Below, piece by piece: positions 24,485-38,928 of a stretch of DNA of 64,000 nucleotides. A program made the translations under genes and the position numbers. Within the stretch, counting starts at the first letter, position 1; every line of letters starts with the position of its first letter. The DNA is from Podarcis erhardii. Lineage: Eukaryota. The stretch is taken from assembly GCA_964252035.1 (NCBI GenBank), contig OZ176204.1; one strand, written 5' to 3'. The notes beneath the pieces were generated by a model, which made no database searches, had not been told where the DNA came from, and saw only the letters and a program-made list of their open reading frames with translations.

Positions 24485-27400
24485 GTAAGTTTTAATGCCT
24501 CTACCAGAAAACAGATCTCCAAACTGTTTGTTTCTGTTTTTTTCCAAATCTCCAATGTTCATTTTACCCACTTAGGGTTATGTTATGAAACATTGACTTT
24601 TGCAGATAAGAAACTCCCAGATTTGTAATGTCATTTTAAAATAATATTCTCAATCCAGATCAGTGCACTTGTTTTAAAGAATTTTCTGTACTTCATATTG
24701 CATCAATGAATTTGTTTATTTACTGTTTTACTAGTGGATATGATCCAGTCCAAAATAAGCATGTAAGTTCTGCTGCTCAGAGTGCTTCAGTTGAATCTGT
24801 TAGCTGCTTTGATTTCCATTTTGTTGGGAAAAGCTCTGCCTGTAATGTTAGATTCACAATTTAGGATTTTTTAAAAAGTTAGGTATGTTAAAAGAGATTG
24901 TCATTGAAATTTGGAGGTAAAGGAGTCCTTGAAATGCTCAGTGGCTCAAGATAATGATGAAACAGCCTATTATCCAAAAGAGCATTAGTATGCATCTTGG
25001 TGTAAAGTATTTTATAAGTATTTGGTGTGAGGAAAAAAACCTGATGGCAAAGTATCTTTATTGAGTAGGAGAACAAGTATCCTTGATGTCAACTTTATAT
25101 AATTGGCTCTTGGTACCTTATATAAACATTAATTATAAATCTGAATTGAAGTAAGATTTTTTTAAAAAAAACTATTTGTTTTCAATTTTAGATGCTCTAA
25201 TGACTTCTGAATGTTGCTATTATAGTCAAGCTCATGCTGAGATGTAAGACTTCTTTGCTTCACCTCACTAACGCAGTGCCAAAGGTTGACCTACTTTCTG
25301 ATGACTGTGTCATTGTGCCCTTGCAGGTTCCACTTCCTAAGTCTCAATAATGTATATTATTAAACAAGCCTCTGCCTTGCTGGTATCCTATTATCTCCCA
25401 TACCTTGTCATTATGTGCTAGGCTGGAGCATACCCATCAGCTATGCCCCTGGAACTCTTGGGATTTTGTGTAGAATTTGGCACAGAACTTGGGTTTCTTG
25501 ATATTGACTTTTATGTATTTTAAATAAAAATGGTTTTCTAGTTCTCATGGTTAAAAGCAACTAAGCCCCCAAAGTGTTCGGGTAGTGTCAAAAGGCAGCC
25601 TAGGAAATCGACCAGAGGACTGATTCTTCCAGGCTTGAATCTGTGACCTCTACTGCCAAGCTCCCTTACACACCTATCGATCTTAGCACCTATGGATCTT
25701 AGCACCTGTACACCATCCTTATGCTACATTATCACAGTCTCCCCTGCCTCTCTGGGGTAATGTGACAATAAATAGGATAATCCTATGTCTACTGCACTGA
25801 GCTCCTTGGAGGAAGGGAGGGATGCCTATATGATGAAAAAAATTATAACATCCTTATGGCTAAATGAGCCTTGAAGTCTAATGCATTTCTAGCTTGATGT
25901 TTGTTAGAAGTCAAATCACTGGGGCTTCCTTCCAAGTAAATGTGTGTTTTTGATTTAGAATCACACATGTAATTCAGAAGTCAGGGCTGTCATGCCAGCT
26001 TATTTGCTGGTGGATATAAATGGTTCAGATATTGGAATACAGTATTCAGGGAAAGCTGTCTGTGGCCAAGAGACAGCAACTGCTGTTGTGCGGTCCTTTG
26101 TAAGGAGCTATGATTGCATATTTTAAATGCACAGAAGTCTGCCCAAAGAAATCTTTGGACACTTTATACTTATACTTCCACTCTGACTCAGAGATCATTG
26201 ATACATGGAAATGTCAGCTATCAGACTCTGTGATACTTCATCCTGGTACAAAAGGCAGTGCTAATGGTTCCCAGTGCTATTATGCTGCTTCTTGGCAAGC
26301 ATACAGATTAACCTTCCATGTGACACTATTGAGCAGGAGTAAGAGGTTATGAAAGTACATAAATGTTAGTCTTTGGGAACCCAAATTCAGTGGCCCTTTT
26401 CTTTCAGCTAACATTAAGCAGGGTTTTAATTTTGTTGTAATTTTAAATGGGTTTTTGATTGTGATTATTGTAATTAGGGTTGTTAGCTACTCTGGGCTCC
26501 CATGGTGGGCTATGGGGAAGAACGGGATGGAAATGTATGGGAATAAATAGCTATTTTTGGGATGCTTTGAAGCAAGGCTACTGCATTATGATGTTCTTTG
26601 GGTGGGACTGAGTAAGGTCAATTATAATGGAAGTTTCCTTCCTGGGGTTAATAACACTTGGGGAAAGGGAGCATCAGGATCATGACTGGAGGGTAAAAAA
26701 CTCTTCTTGTGCATCTGAGTCCTGATCTTGATTTCCCCCATTCTCCTGCTGCATCTTTTATTGGAATGAAAAAAACTAGTTAAAGGCAAATCATACATTT
26801 AACATTTCAGCTAGTTTCAGTCTTGTCTTCCGTTTGTCCACATATGCAGGGTATTATGCAGTAAAAAAAGAGAGCTGAATTCATTAATCAGGATAAAATA
26901 TGCAAATTAAGAAATGTGCACAAAATACAGAGTATCTGCAAGAAAGGGCAAACAAGTGAAGTAGGCCATTAATATCTTGCAGTCTGACAGCTAGAAATTC
27001 TACTAGCTTTGGAAATTTAACCCACAGTGCCTATTTACTTTAAAGCCCATATTTCAAGCCATAAGGACTAGAAACTTGTTTTGTGTTTTTAAATGAAAGC
27101 TGGAACTCTTTGGTGTTGGATTCTGTGCCTTCTGCTTTGTGGGGTGGGTGTGCATCAGTGATCTCCCAAGGCAGGTTTTGCGTTGACTTTATTCAATTCC
27201 AGTTTCCTTAATATTTCTGTTGTTTCTGCTTTCCTTATGAACTTTTTCTCATTCTGTATATTTCATGGTTAAACTTTCCCTCTGGCAACATTTGATAGAG
27301 AATTGTCCTTTTTTTGCCATGGTTGGCAGTTCTTCCCTTTAAAATAAATATCTATCCTAGATGTCCTTCCACTTTTGCATACTGGGGCTGGTATGCAAAA

Positions 27401-27715
27401 TCACTTTTGGTCTTGTTTCAATAGTTTTGTATAGCAATTCCAGATTCCAACTTAACAACAGCACTATCTGGAAACCTGGACTTGGCATGGTACAAATCAG
27501 GACCTGCTATCCTGCCCCAGTGCTTGGACTTTTCAGTGTGCATATGCTTAATCCAAGCTGTCCATAAGAGGGGAAAAACTGTTGCAGATTAAATTTCTGT
27601 CTAAAACGCAGCTGTGTGAGGCTGGCCTTAACTTATTCTGGCATACTTCTGTTGCTTATACTATTTGAGAATGCAAAATTGGTTAGTGTGTAATCAAGCC
27701 CCCCGAACCTTATCA

Positions 27716-28079
27716 TGTCAGTAGTTACTACTGGTGTTGGTATGCTCTTTGGTCATGGCAAGCGTCTTTCCCCCCACCCCATTTCTGATTTTGCTTAATG
27801 GTCTTTGCCTAACAACTGCTCCCAGCTTCTGAAATTTGTGTTGCATCCCACTTGTCTTGGTGGAGCTAAAGGAAATCATTGTGCTTTCCGCGAACGGCCA
27901 GAGAAAGTTATAGCAGCCTGAAGGGTTGTAGCTGGTAGACATTAAGCAGCCCCCAAAACTGCTGTTGTTTGGGGGCATTGGTACTGCTTTGCTTTGCTTG
28001 TTACTGTGTTTTTCTCCCTTTGCTCAACTGGTACGTTCGGCAATAAAGCCTTGTCTCAGTACTCACAAGAAATCTGACA
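27716..28079 (+). mobile_element. Possible solo LTR
   Basis: TGTCAG...CTGACA inverted ends and AATAAA at about 28042, but no clean TSD. Confidence 0.35.
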
Positions 28080-28289
28080 GTGTAAAAGCAAATCCCGTCA
28101 GATACTTGAAACAATAAAAGCATTTGGCATTGCTTTGTCTCTAGCCTGCACTGCATCATTTGGTTTGTTTTTGAGCATTGATGCGCTGCTTTTCCAACAA
28201 GTGTTTAAAGTGGCTTGCAAAAAGAAAGGAGAATAAAACATGAATAGTATAAAATGATACAACTGGGTAAGAACATTGAGAGTTTAATT

Positions 28290-29330
28290 AGCAAATAGCC
28301 TCTACCAGGAAAACATGGTCTCTTGACACAGCAGCTGACAGCATCCAGACTCTGCCTGTCTTGGAAGAGTTGGATGGGACATTCCCTTGACGAGCTGAAA
28401 AACTCCATCAACTCTCAAATGTGTGGTAAAGACTCAGGACAGGGCAGAATCCCAATAGAAGTGCTGAAAGCCAGCTTCACTTCCTCCCTTATGATGCACC
28501 TCCATGGTATTTACCTGCAGTGTTGGGAAGAAGGATCTGTGCCACAAGACATGCATCTCTCTGCTGAGTACTGTGGGGAAAGCCTTTGCCCAAGTAGTTC
28601 TCAACAGATTTATGCTCACTTGCTGACAGGGTCTATCCCAAGTCACAATTTGGCTTTAGATTTTGGAGGTCAGTCAACATGATTTTCTCACTGAGCCAGC
28701 TGCAGGAGAAATGCTGAGAGCAGAGACACCCATTGCACATCCTTTTCATTGACCTTGTTCAACAAAAAAGGACTCTTCACACAGCTCAACAAGATGATCA
28801 GGTCTTTACAGGAGAACATGCATGTCACTGTCCAGTATGATGGTTCATCCTTGGACACCTTCCCTATAAAGAGTGGAATGAAACAGGACTGTGTTCTCAC
28901 CCCAACTCTCTGTTGCTCTTCTATGCCATCAGCTTCCATTGAAGGAGCAATGGTGTCTGTTCAACCTGGCACATCTCTGTGCCAAGACAAAAGTGTGGCA
29001 TGTTCTTATCTGAGAGATGTTGATTGCCCTTGGTGCAGCCTTGACAGCGCACTCTGTGGGAGCTCTGTCAACCATTTTGCCCAAGCCTCCATGGAGTTCG
29101 GCCTCATCATCAGCCTGACAAAGGCCAGCAACCTGAATCAGGATGTTGCCAGCACTCCATGCATCAGCATTGGTGACCACACATGACATGAAGGCTGGCA
29201 ACATTAACCCTGCCATATGGGAATCCCTTGCGGACGATTGTAGGGCCTGGAGACAGACAGTCAGGTTGTGCATCCACAGCAGTGACCAGAGGAGGAATGA
29301 CTGTCAGGAGCAGCGCAGAGAGAAGTTTGA
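28290..29330 (+). mobile_element. Degenerate RTE-clade LINE (RT and C-terminus)
   Basis: Frame-shifted RT pieces GKDSGQGRIPIEVLK, QCWEEGSVPQDM, YPKSQFGFR, SGMKQDCVLTPTL, and the C-terminal DMKAGNINPAIWESLADDCRAWR. Confidence 0.85.
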
Positions 29331-29467
29331 CTTCACTCCCAAAGATGTACTCTTCCATTGTCTCCTGAGACAGATGGATGCTTACAACTCATGGTTTACA
29401 GCTTGAGGTGGGATATCTGGAGTGAAGTTGTACACTATGCCTATAATACCAAGCCTTTGGGATATGA

Positions 29468-29622
29468 GCTGGGATAGCTCAGTTGGCAGAGCATGAGACT
29501 CTTAATCTTCAGGTTGTGGGTTTGAGCCCCACATTGGGTGAAATATTCCTACATGGCAGGGGGTTGGACTAGATGATCCTTGTGGTCCCTTACGACTCTG
29601 CAATTATATGATTATATGATTC
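29468..29622 (+). mobile_element. tRNA-Lys(CTT)-derived SINE with CR1-type 3' tail
   Basis: Head closely resembles tRNA-Lys-CTT and runs directly into gggggttggactagatgatcc...(atgatt)n, a CR1 3' end. Confidence 0.8.
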
Positions 29623-30692
29623 TGCTTTGGGTCTTGACTGACCTAGGTTTTGCTTATGTGCCTGTTGGGATCGTTGTTGAATTCCAGAAGTCAGGCAGGT
29701 GTTTTGTGCAGGTCAGATTAGTTGGTGGCTACTGCTTTTGGGCTGGAATATGTTGGCCATTGAGATTATTTTCATCCATTTTCTTCCACCAATATCTGAG
29801 TATAATAAATATAGTTGGCCAGCATAGATCTTGATTTTCTGCTTTTCATGGATTCCCAAAGATGAGGCAGGATAGTAGGTGAGCAAAATAAATTTGGAGC
29901 AGTTTTGGAAGATCTCAGAAATATAATTTTTTGCATATGTGTGTTTGCAGATTTGCATGTGTAATAAAACTGGAGTATGAAAAGACTGAAGTTGGCTAAA
30001 TTGGTATGTGAACCTTATCCTTTTGCCTTTCCCTTAAATCTTACCAGGGAGCAACCCATATGTAACCTGCGGAGCAAATCCAATTTCCTGTGACTCTGAT
30101 ACTAATGGGGGATGGGGTGGACAGTGGCTGTAAATGTCACTGCACCCTGGGCGATATTTTATAATCATAAGATGAGCTTTTCCCTTGACTGAACTTTGAT
30201 GGATGACTTATTCTAATCTTTTACGTAGTCAGATAATCTCCCCTCCACTCCCCTCTGCTGGCATTAAAATGAAAGATTTCTAAGGAGTAAGAACTGGTCT
30301 GCCAATCCAATCCAATCCTAGGATGAGTTAACTTCCCAAGATTGCAACAGTTCTGGGTAAAAATTTAACCAGACCTTTATAGCCAGTTGCTTGATTGTCC
30401 AGACCAAAAGCTACGCACTGATCCCAAACAAATGAGAACCTTGGAAACTGCTGTAATTGCAGCTTTACAAAAACACAGATTCCACCATCTGTCTTCTCGT
30501 AGACCCTAGATGAGGAAAAGGTAAGCACAAGGGCTAGGGTGTCCACTGCTGATCTTGCCTGTGTTTCTCTTGGATACCTCTCACAGAAAAGGAGGTTGTT
30601 GACTCTGCCCTGCTGCGATGGTTAAATTTTAGTCAATGTTTGTGTTTGCTTTGCGATAAGGGAGGGCCTGCTCTGAGGTTTTTTCTCTACAG

Positions 30693-30754
30693 GCAAGAGC
30701 AGGCTGGGTGTTCTGTCTACAGCCAATCACTTTCTAGAGGAGTAAATAGGAAAG
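30693..30754 (+). other. Candidate 62-nt non-coding exon
   Basis: Acceptor ttttttctctacag and donor AAG|GTAACA. Splice signals only. Confidence 0.3.
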
Positions 30755-32456
30755 GTAACAGAGTTCACTGCTTATTTGCTTTTTAGAAACCCAATGATGC
30801 TTTTGCTTCATTTGTAACCAATAAGGTGGCATGATTTCCAACTATAGAATGTCTGGGTTGAAGTGCATTCTTTCATCATCCTAGTTTCTTTTTCATGTAT
30901 GAAGCTAAGCTTTGCCCAACCTGTCTCAAGGCTCTTTAACGTGAACATTAGGAACCTGTTTGTTATCAGATTTCTTCTTACTTCAGGTTATATGCACAGT
31001 TTGGAGTATAAATGCGGACAAATGAGGAAAAGACATAATGGAGCATAGTAGCAGATTATGCTTTCTTAACATGGAAGAGAAAAGGGGTTGGTTTGTGAGT
31101 TTTGAGGAAAACAAATGGGGGTCACCCTAGAGTTCTTAAATTATTGGTATAGGAACTCAATAGAAGCTTGTTACAGCCATGCGGTCTGAGCTGTGGCAAC
31201 CAGCTCAAACCTCCTCACATGGGAGCTGCTCCGTGGCTAACCCTGGCAGGACAGCTTACTCTAGTATTAACCCCTTCATGCATGCTGGTTATATGATGTT
31301 GGTTATCCCATATGTATATTTGTGTATCAATTAAAAAAAACTAATAAAACACAAATATTTATTTGCCAGAGGGGTATAACACAACAGAACATTTAAGCAC
31401 ACAGATAGGTGCAGACTGCTACTTGTCTCTGTTGACAGTACTGAGCTAGATGGGTCCAGTGATCTGATTCGGTATAAGGCAGCTTCACATGTTCAGCCTC
31501 GTGGCAGTGAATGCCATAGTTTGTAAATACCTGTTCTTTAATTGGTTAAATTATGCATATAGTTAAAGAATGGGTATTTACAAATGAGACCAGATTTAAG
31601 GCATATTTCCCCCCTTCACAGATGCATTTTATAATTAACCCCTGCCTTCCAAGTTATATAGGGCACATTCTGACTGATAATACTTTGTGTGATCATAATA
31701 GAAAATAGCACAAGGAGGTGAGGTGATGGTGCACTTAATATCTTATGATCTGTCAGTCTTTGTATCTCAATTCCTGGTGCGTTCACACAAATCCTTGCAC
31801 CTTATTAAAGAGATACACAACTTGCACAAATGGTTTTGCATTGTCTTTGCTGGGAATCGTCTCCTCTTTCCACTTTCTTATCTGAGTGAAAAGCTCTATG
31901 CACCAAATTAGTACCATATGCAGCTAGCTGTTTTGTTGTTATTTAACAGAACCTACACCCTCACTACTCCACTATCCTGTTATTTCACTGTCTCACCTCT
32001 GGTTTTGGTTGAAATTGCTGTTGATCAGTAGATTGCCACAAGTCCACAATTTTGGAAGCAGAAAGCAGGGCCATATTCAGGAGTATTTTAAACACTGTGG
32101 GATTAAACTGACATGAAATGCAGCAAGTGATGGTGTGAACACAGCCTTAATTTTTGGATGTCCTGTTCCTTAATATCTTTTATAACCATGAAACTTTCAT
32201 GCTGATCATGACTGCTCTCTCTTGTTCTGGGCAAGGTATGAGACAATGGAATCATGTGAGCAGCTCATATGGATGCCAGATGCTTGCAGCTTTTCTAATA
32301 ACTGGATTTCACAGTGTCAGATGATGAATGAGATAGATGTGTAGAGTAGGAATGGGGAACCTGTGGTCCTCCAGATGTTGCTAGACTACAGCTCACATCA
32401 TCCCTCTCATATTGGCTATGCTGGCTGGGGCCAATGGGGTATTTAGTCCAACAGTA

Positions 32457-32671
32457 CAGTGGTACGTCAGATTACGAACCATCCTACTTATGAACGCTTC
32501 GGGTTATGAACTCTGCAAACACAGAAGTAGGTGCCATGGGTTGCAAACTTTGCCCTGGGATACGAACATAATCAGCTTCCGGGGCCGCGGGAGGCCTATG
32601 TAGGGAATGCGTGCTTCGGGTTAAGAATGGACTTCCGGAACGAATTAAGTTCGTAACCCGAGGTACCACTG
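32457..32671. mobile_element. Tc1/mariner MITE nested in an older palindromic MITE
   Basis: TA|CAGTGGTACGTCAG...CCGAGGTACCACTG|TA. The flanks rejoin as agtccaacag-tatattggagggtcac of the host element. Confidence 0.85.
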
Positions 32672-35600
32672 TATATTGGAGGGTCACAAGGGAAGCGCGG
32701 TAGTTCAGTGGTAGATTATCTGCTTTGCATTTAAAGGGTCCCACATTCAATCCTTGGCATCTGTAGGTAGGGCTGAAACTCTTCGAAGCTGCTGCCAGCC
32801 ATTGGTCTTCAAGTGGTGGGTTGGGTCCCTTAGTGGGCTACAGTTTGACCTATGGAGAGTTGCAACATTAATATATGATGCAAAATTCACTTGTGGGGCC
32901 CCAAATGCAGGTTTAAGTTAAAGGGGGTGTCCCCAAGTCCAATAAGCTGAAGGACTATTGATGTGAAAAAATACTGAGCTAGATGGAGCAATGGCCTGAC
33001 TGAATAATAACGATGTTCTCCACCTCTGGCATAGACGTTTTGGTTAAGTGCTCTGCAGAATCACAGTTCTGACAAATAGCAACCTAGGTAACATTTGAAT
33101 TTGGAATCCCTGTTCCATGAGAGCAGGTGGGTTCATACAATACCTATACCAAGTACAAAAAGCTAGCTTGACTGTTCCAAAATGGAGTTTGGGAACTTTT
33201 AATACGGATGTGACATCCCTATTTTAGAAATCATGGTGTTGACAGGTCAGGATCCTCACATGTCACATCAAGTCAGAGAGAATAATTACATAGTTTTTCA
33301 GGTTCTCTCTGCTCTTTCATGACATTTGCACTAAAAATGATGAGCCCAGGAGGAAGCTTCAGGTGACGCTGTTGGATCTGCTTAATGTGCCGTTGGCTCA
33401 GAAATGCAAAGAGGATTTCTTGCTAAAACAAGTGCTTGGCTGACTCATCCAGGTGATCATCTCTATATGAAATATTTAAATTGCAGACAGGAGCCATGTG
33501 GGTTACGAGTTCACTTTTGTTGCCTTTTTTTGCAGTTGTGTGCTTGAGAAGGGACTGTTATTGTTTCTTGTAGGAGATTGTTCTGCCAATAAACATGTTC
33601 ATCTTGTTTCTTGCATCGTAAATGGTTGAACAAAGGCTGGTTCATGTTGAGCTGTACATGTAAGAACTCAGAAGGTGGTTACTGTCTTGCTTTAAGAATT
33701 GCCTTTTGTTTCCTCACAAAAGTCTTTCATTTTTCACTCTGTACACATTGGCATGATTTGCAGAAACCAGACAAAATTTGGATCAGTGCGGCTGTGTGGG
33801 TTCCCAGAGAGGAACTCATAGCAACTTTGCTTCATCCTAGTCTACATTGACCTAAGCCCAAGGTTTGACTTAGTGTTTCATCTGAACTGGGGCTCACAGC
33901 TAAACTGTCTTCTCACCATGAGCTGTAACCAAAACAAACCTTGGTTACAGTGTGTGATTAGTGAGGAGAGAGCTTAACCACAAGTCCTTGGTTCAGACAA
34001 CATACCTAGTCAAAACGTGGCTTAGTGTGGCACAGAAGCAAAAAGGACCAGAAAGTGCAAAGCAGTAATGAGCTCCTCTTATGGAGCCTGCATACCCACA
34101 CAGCTTCAGGAAGCTAAAGTTTGACTTAGCATGTTGAGTGAACCTGGCCATTGTGAGACCAAACCTTGCTGAGGATCCACTGTATACTATCAACCAGCTT
34201 GGATTGGTTGTTGTTTAATCATCCGGAGTGCCCAGATGTACTATGCACAGTGAACAATGACTGTAGGTTTTGCTTGAAGGTTGGATCTTGCTTTGACCAT
34301 ATGCATACACAGGGAGAGGTGGGGAAATGGCCGCCTTGAGCCAGATGGTATTCTGCATTTTGTCCCTGGGCAAGGAGCTAAAGTTGAAGGAGATGGAAGT
34401 CCTGATGTTTTAAGAATATTTGTACTAGTATATTATAGTAGCATTTATATATTATGTTCAGGGAGTATGGGGTGTTAAGAGGGAGGGGTTTTGCCTCTGG
34501 TGGGGGACACATTGTGCTTCTTCTGGGGTAGTTTGTCGACCTTCGACCCCCATCCTGCACTCAGCAGGAACCTGTGGCTCTTAGAAGCTGTGATTCCTAG
34601 AAATGACAGCGGCCACACCATCTAAGAGAAGGAAAACTCTGATCCTAAACCTTCGCTACCTTGTGGAATATCTTTGGGAGAATAAAAGGCCAAGGAGTAA
34701 ATCAGAGTGGAGTACCTAAGACGGTTGGATGGATGGCGTCTTGTATGCCTCCTTCTGGCAACTCCTGCAGCCAAGCTGGTGCCAAACTTATTGCTCTGCT
34801 TATCTTTGGACCACATATGTGAGGCCAGGAGGTGGGTCTTATTGTCTGGGCAGCCCAGGACATCCATACACACTATCCAAGCTTGTGTCTCGGGGAGGTC
34901 ACTGCTAACATAGTGGTTTGTCTTCACCCTCAGAGGTGCACCCCATTGTCTCTCGAGACAAACAGTTGCCAACAATATAGTACATTCTAAGCACTGAAAG
35001 CACTTCACATATCTCAGCAATGTGGGAAAGTATTATTTCTGCAGTGTAGAGCAGCCTTTGCCAACTTGGTGTCCTCCATTGGACCGCCATTCCCTTGGGA
35101 AGCTGTAATCCAATACACCTGGAGGACACCAGGTTGGTGAAGACTGGTGTGGGCGGATGCTGGCACCAAGCGTATACCTGAGACACCAAGTACATGCCAA
35201 GAGGAGATTTGGCTTGTGGACTTTTCAGCTGGTATTCTTAGCCACCATAGCACATATCCAAAATGTTGTGTATCAGATGATTTTTACCGAGTTGGATCTG
35301 CTGCACAGTTACTTGTTTACCCTTAGACTACAGAGGAGTACTTTGGGATGGTCTCACGAAACATACATGAATATGATGGACTCCTGTAGTGCACTCTTGC
35401 CCATAGAGTGAGTGACCACCAGTACAAAACTAAATTGTGAGACAAAGCACCTGACTATTATGAAAGGCATGACATCTTTAGCAATATAGTAATGCCTGAC
35501 TAAAATCCAGTGGAACGGACGTTCATTACGGGACATTTCATTATTTCAGAACTTCCCCACCCCCCACCCTCCTAGGTTCCTTTTCTAAAACCTTTCAGCA

Positions 35601-38600
35601 TCTTGTTTCCGTGTTCCTTTTCATAGTAGAAGAAATATTTGCCACTGGGTAGGCTGTTTGCAGCAAGCCTGTCTGAACAAGGCGTAGGTGTTTGGTTTAC
35701 ACATTGTTGTTTTTGTTTGTTGAAGGTAGCAACCCCCCAGAGTAAGCGAGAACCACGTTTAGTTTGCTAAATCGTGATCTCCTGTTCAGAATCTCTTTTC
35801 TCATTAGTTGCTTGAAATTAACCAATAGTTCTTCTGATGACAATGGAGTTAAGCAACGTGGAGGAGATAATATTTTTTGGGATCAAAGCCAAACCAAGCA
35901 CATGGAAATGAGGCAACAGCATTATGTTCCAGTAAATGGCATTTAATACCTGCTATACCAGCATAAGGGCTGTTCTGTTTAAAATCGGATGCTGGTGAGT
36001 GTGGTTGGACCTGCCTTGAATCAATATTTTCCTGTTTTGATCCATGCTAAAGGTTCTGGGTTTCAGTGAGCCTGCAACTGGGAATGGTTGACTAATGACA
36101 TATTAGCCATTTGAGCCCTGAAAAGCACTGTGGTCTTGGATGGCAACCCTGCTCAAAGGCCCTGTTGGACAAGATCATATTGCTTCATCTTCAGTCCAGG
36201 GACCTTTAAAATTCTCAGTATCAATATGTTCAGGCTGATTTATCTGCTGTATGTAACCCACTAGGCTTGCTGCTTCATGGTTCCAGTCTGCTGTTCCTGG
36301 TTATAGTTTGTGTGCTGGATATCACTTCCTCTCTGGTCTTGAGCCAAATCTCACCACAGCATCCACATTTACATTTGACTTTCACCTTGCTCCCTGTTGC
36401 TTGATCATCTGATCCAGACGCCCTATGTGCTTCACACACGACACACCATTAACCTGTTGATGCTTCAGTTACAGATGACGAATATGCTCTGCTTGGGTAT
36501 AATGGCTTCTCCTGTGTGGGAACAAGACTTGATATTCTAAGAAGCCGGTTAAAATGTAACCTCAGAACTTTCAGTTGCAGGAGAATTAGGGGTGTGGCAG
36601 AACATGCCTAAGGGAGTGCTTTAAATATGCTTTCGTTTTTTATTTGATAATTGAAATGAATACAGGAAGAAAGAATTGGCAGTTTTGTGAAACGTTGTAT
36701 ATGCCATAGAGTTTTGGTAGCAGTGAAAGGACTTTTGGGTTAACGTTTCCGGAAATGCTGTTACTCAAGCATAGCCATATTGCACTGCTTCCTTATCTAT
36801 TGTTTTCACCAGTGTCAAACTTTTTATATACAAGGAAGTTGGGTGATTATCCATTACAGGGTTTTGCCTGCTTTGGTTACAAAGGTGTGTTGTTGTGGAT
36901 AGGTTAAAGTGCAGGCACTAGCAAGCTATATGTATAAGGGACAATCTCAATTTCATGACAGTTGTGCCCAGGGGGTTGCTTTAATTTTTTTGCTAGAGTG
37001 AATTGATAAAATAACCATTTTGTAGGTTTTGATGTTAAATCTCAGTATAGGGCAGCTGCAGTCTGATACTACTGCCATATGCATACATGCTAACACTTAG
37101 GAGCAGTGTTAAACTCCATTTTACATGCTGCAGCTGTTAAGATGCGAAATGCTGATTATAGGGCAATTGTGGTATTATTGGAATAGCTTTTAAGCAAATG
37201 GAGAAACAGTACCCCCCCAACTTTTAAATTAGTTTGGGACAGGCTATTGCAGAATAAATAGGTACAGCAGGCAGGGAAGACCTTTCTGAAACATAAAATA
37301 GTGGAGGAGTTTTGAAAATTACCGGTAGCTCCACTGAGATCTTTAGGGCCATTTTTGTATACTTGCAACACTCTTTTGTTCATCTGTAAAATGTTGGAAG
37401 ACATGATTTTAAGCTGCTGAAAGACAGGATGTTGGATCCAGTAACTTTCAGTTCCTCTTAAGAACCTTATAATGTTTGTTGTTTTGAAGTCTGGCAAAGT
37501 AGTAATACTGTGTGCTAGGGCTGATACATAGCTTCTGTTTTCCAGATGGGTGTTTGGTGGTGGGGAGAGGGATGGGAAAGAAGGAAGAGAGAGATTGAGA
37601 TCAAGCGGCTTGCCTGAGGGCACCCAGTGTATTCACAGGTGAGCCAGCCTTTTCTTCAGCTTGTTTTCACAATTGCTTACTCAAGTTGAGTTATAAGCAG
37701 TAATGTGATACTGCTGCAAACAAGGCAAAAGGGTCCTTTGTACTGCATTGTATGTGATATTGGGGGTGGGTGCACAGTCATCTACATAAAATTGCCTGTT
37801 GAGATGACTCATTCCATGCCATATCCTGTGATCAGTTGTTATTCAGCACTCTTCTTACTGGATGCTGTTTTTTAGTTTCTTGTTTGCACCTTATTAACAA
37901 GGTAGAAATTTTTGAGCAATTTGTCTAGATAGAAGCGTCCCTCTTCCTGCCTATTGGTTTCCAGAGCTCCTGCATTCCTGCTACTTTCAAATTTCTAGTC
38001 CTGATGACCAGGCTCATTTCAAAACCAGATGGCAGCAGTATTAAGGAAGGTGATTCTCCATCACTCCCAACTTCTGCTTTTGCTTCCCAAGAAGGGCATA
38101 GAAGCCTCCAGCCTGCTCTTCTCATATTTAGACCCTTCTTAGCGTGCTATCCCTGTAATGTGGTTGCTGACAGGCATGTGGCTTTTTGTGCTGCCATATG
38201 ATAAGCCAGGATGACTTGGGGAACTGATAGATGGAGCCAGCCGGTAACCATGTTGTGAACCACATCCCCAAATGCTCGCTTCATTAAATGCTAGCTAGTA
38301 GAATAAACCTCGTCCTTGGTCCTCAAACCAGCAAACTAGAGCAAGCAGAATTCCTGTGAGAGCATTCTCTTTAGCACACACCACACACAATATGCAAAGC
38401 AGCGTTTATATTTGATAGCTCTTTTCCTCTTCCTGCAAACCATGTGGGTGTAGCTTTGTTTCTGTGCAAAGACATTCATTCATTTGCATGCTTCCTTCAC
38501 ACTTAAAAAAAATATTGGCTGGCTGTCCTCTTTTTAAGACCTTAGGAACCACTGGGACCTGGCTGCTGACAGAACAGAATGGAAATGCAGGCAGCTGCTT

Positions 38601-38674
38601 TCAAAATCCAGTACATGGCATAGATGCTGTTATGCATTAACATCCTGTTCTACTTGTGGTGGTCCTATGCAATA

Positions 38675-38928
38675 CAGTGGTACCTCGGGATGCAAACGGG
38701 ATCCGTTCCGGAGCCCCGTTCGCATCCTGAATGGAACGTAAGACGCGATGGCGCATCTGCGCGGGTCGCGTTATGTCACTTCTGTGCATGCACGTGACGT
38801 CATTTTGAGCGTCTGCGCATGCGCGAGCGGTGAAACCCAGAAGTAATGTGCTCTGTTACTTCCGGGTTGCCACGGAGCGCAACCCGAAAGCGCTCAACCC
38901 GAAGCACATTCAACCCGAGGTATGACTG
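38675..38928. mobile_element. Tc1/mariner MITE
   Basis: TA|CAGTGGTACCTCGGG...CCCGAGGTATGACTG|TA. Confidence 0.85.

Noticed and set aside
28323-29406. ORFs of 87-145 aa as host genes
   Set aside because: They are frame-shifted pieces of an RTE LINE reverse transcriptase.
29468-29540. tRNA-Lys(CTT) gene
   Set aside because: It has stem-disrupting changes and continues directly into a CR1-type tail, so it is a SINE head.
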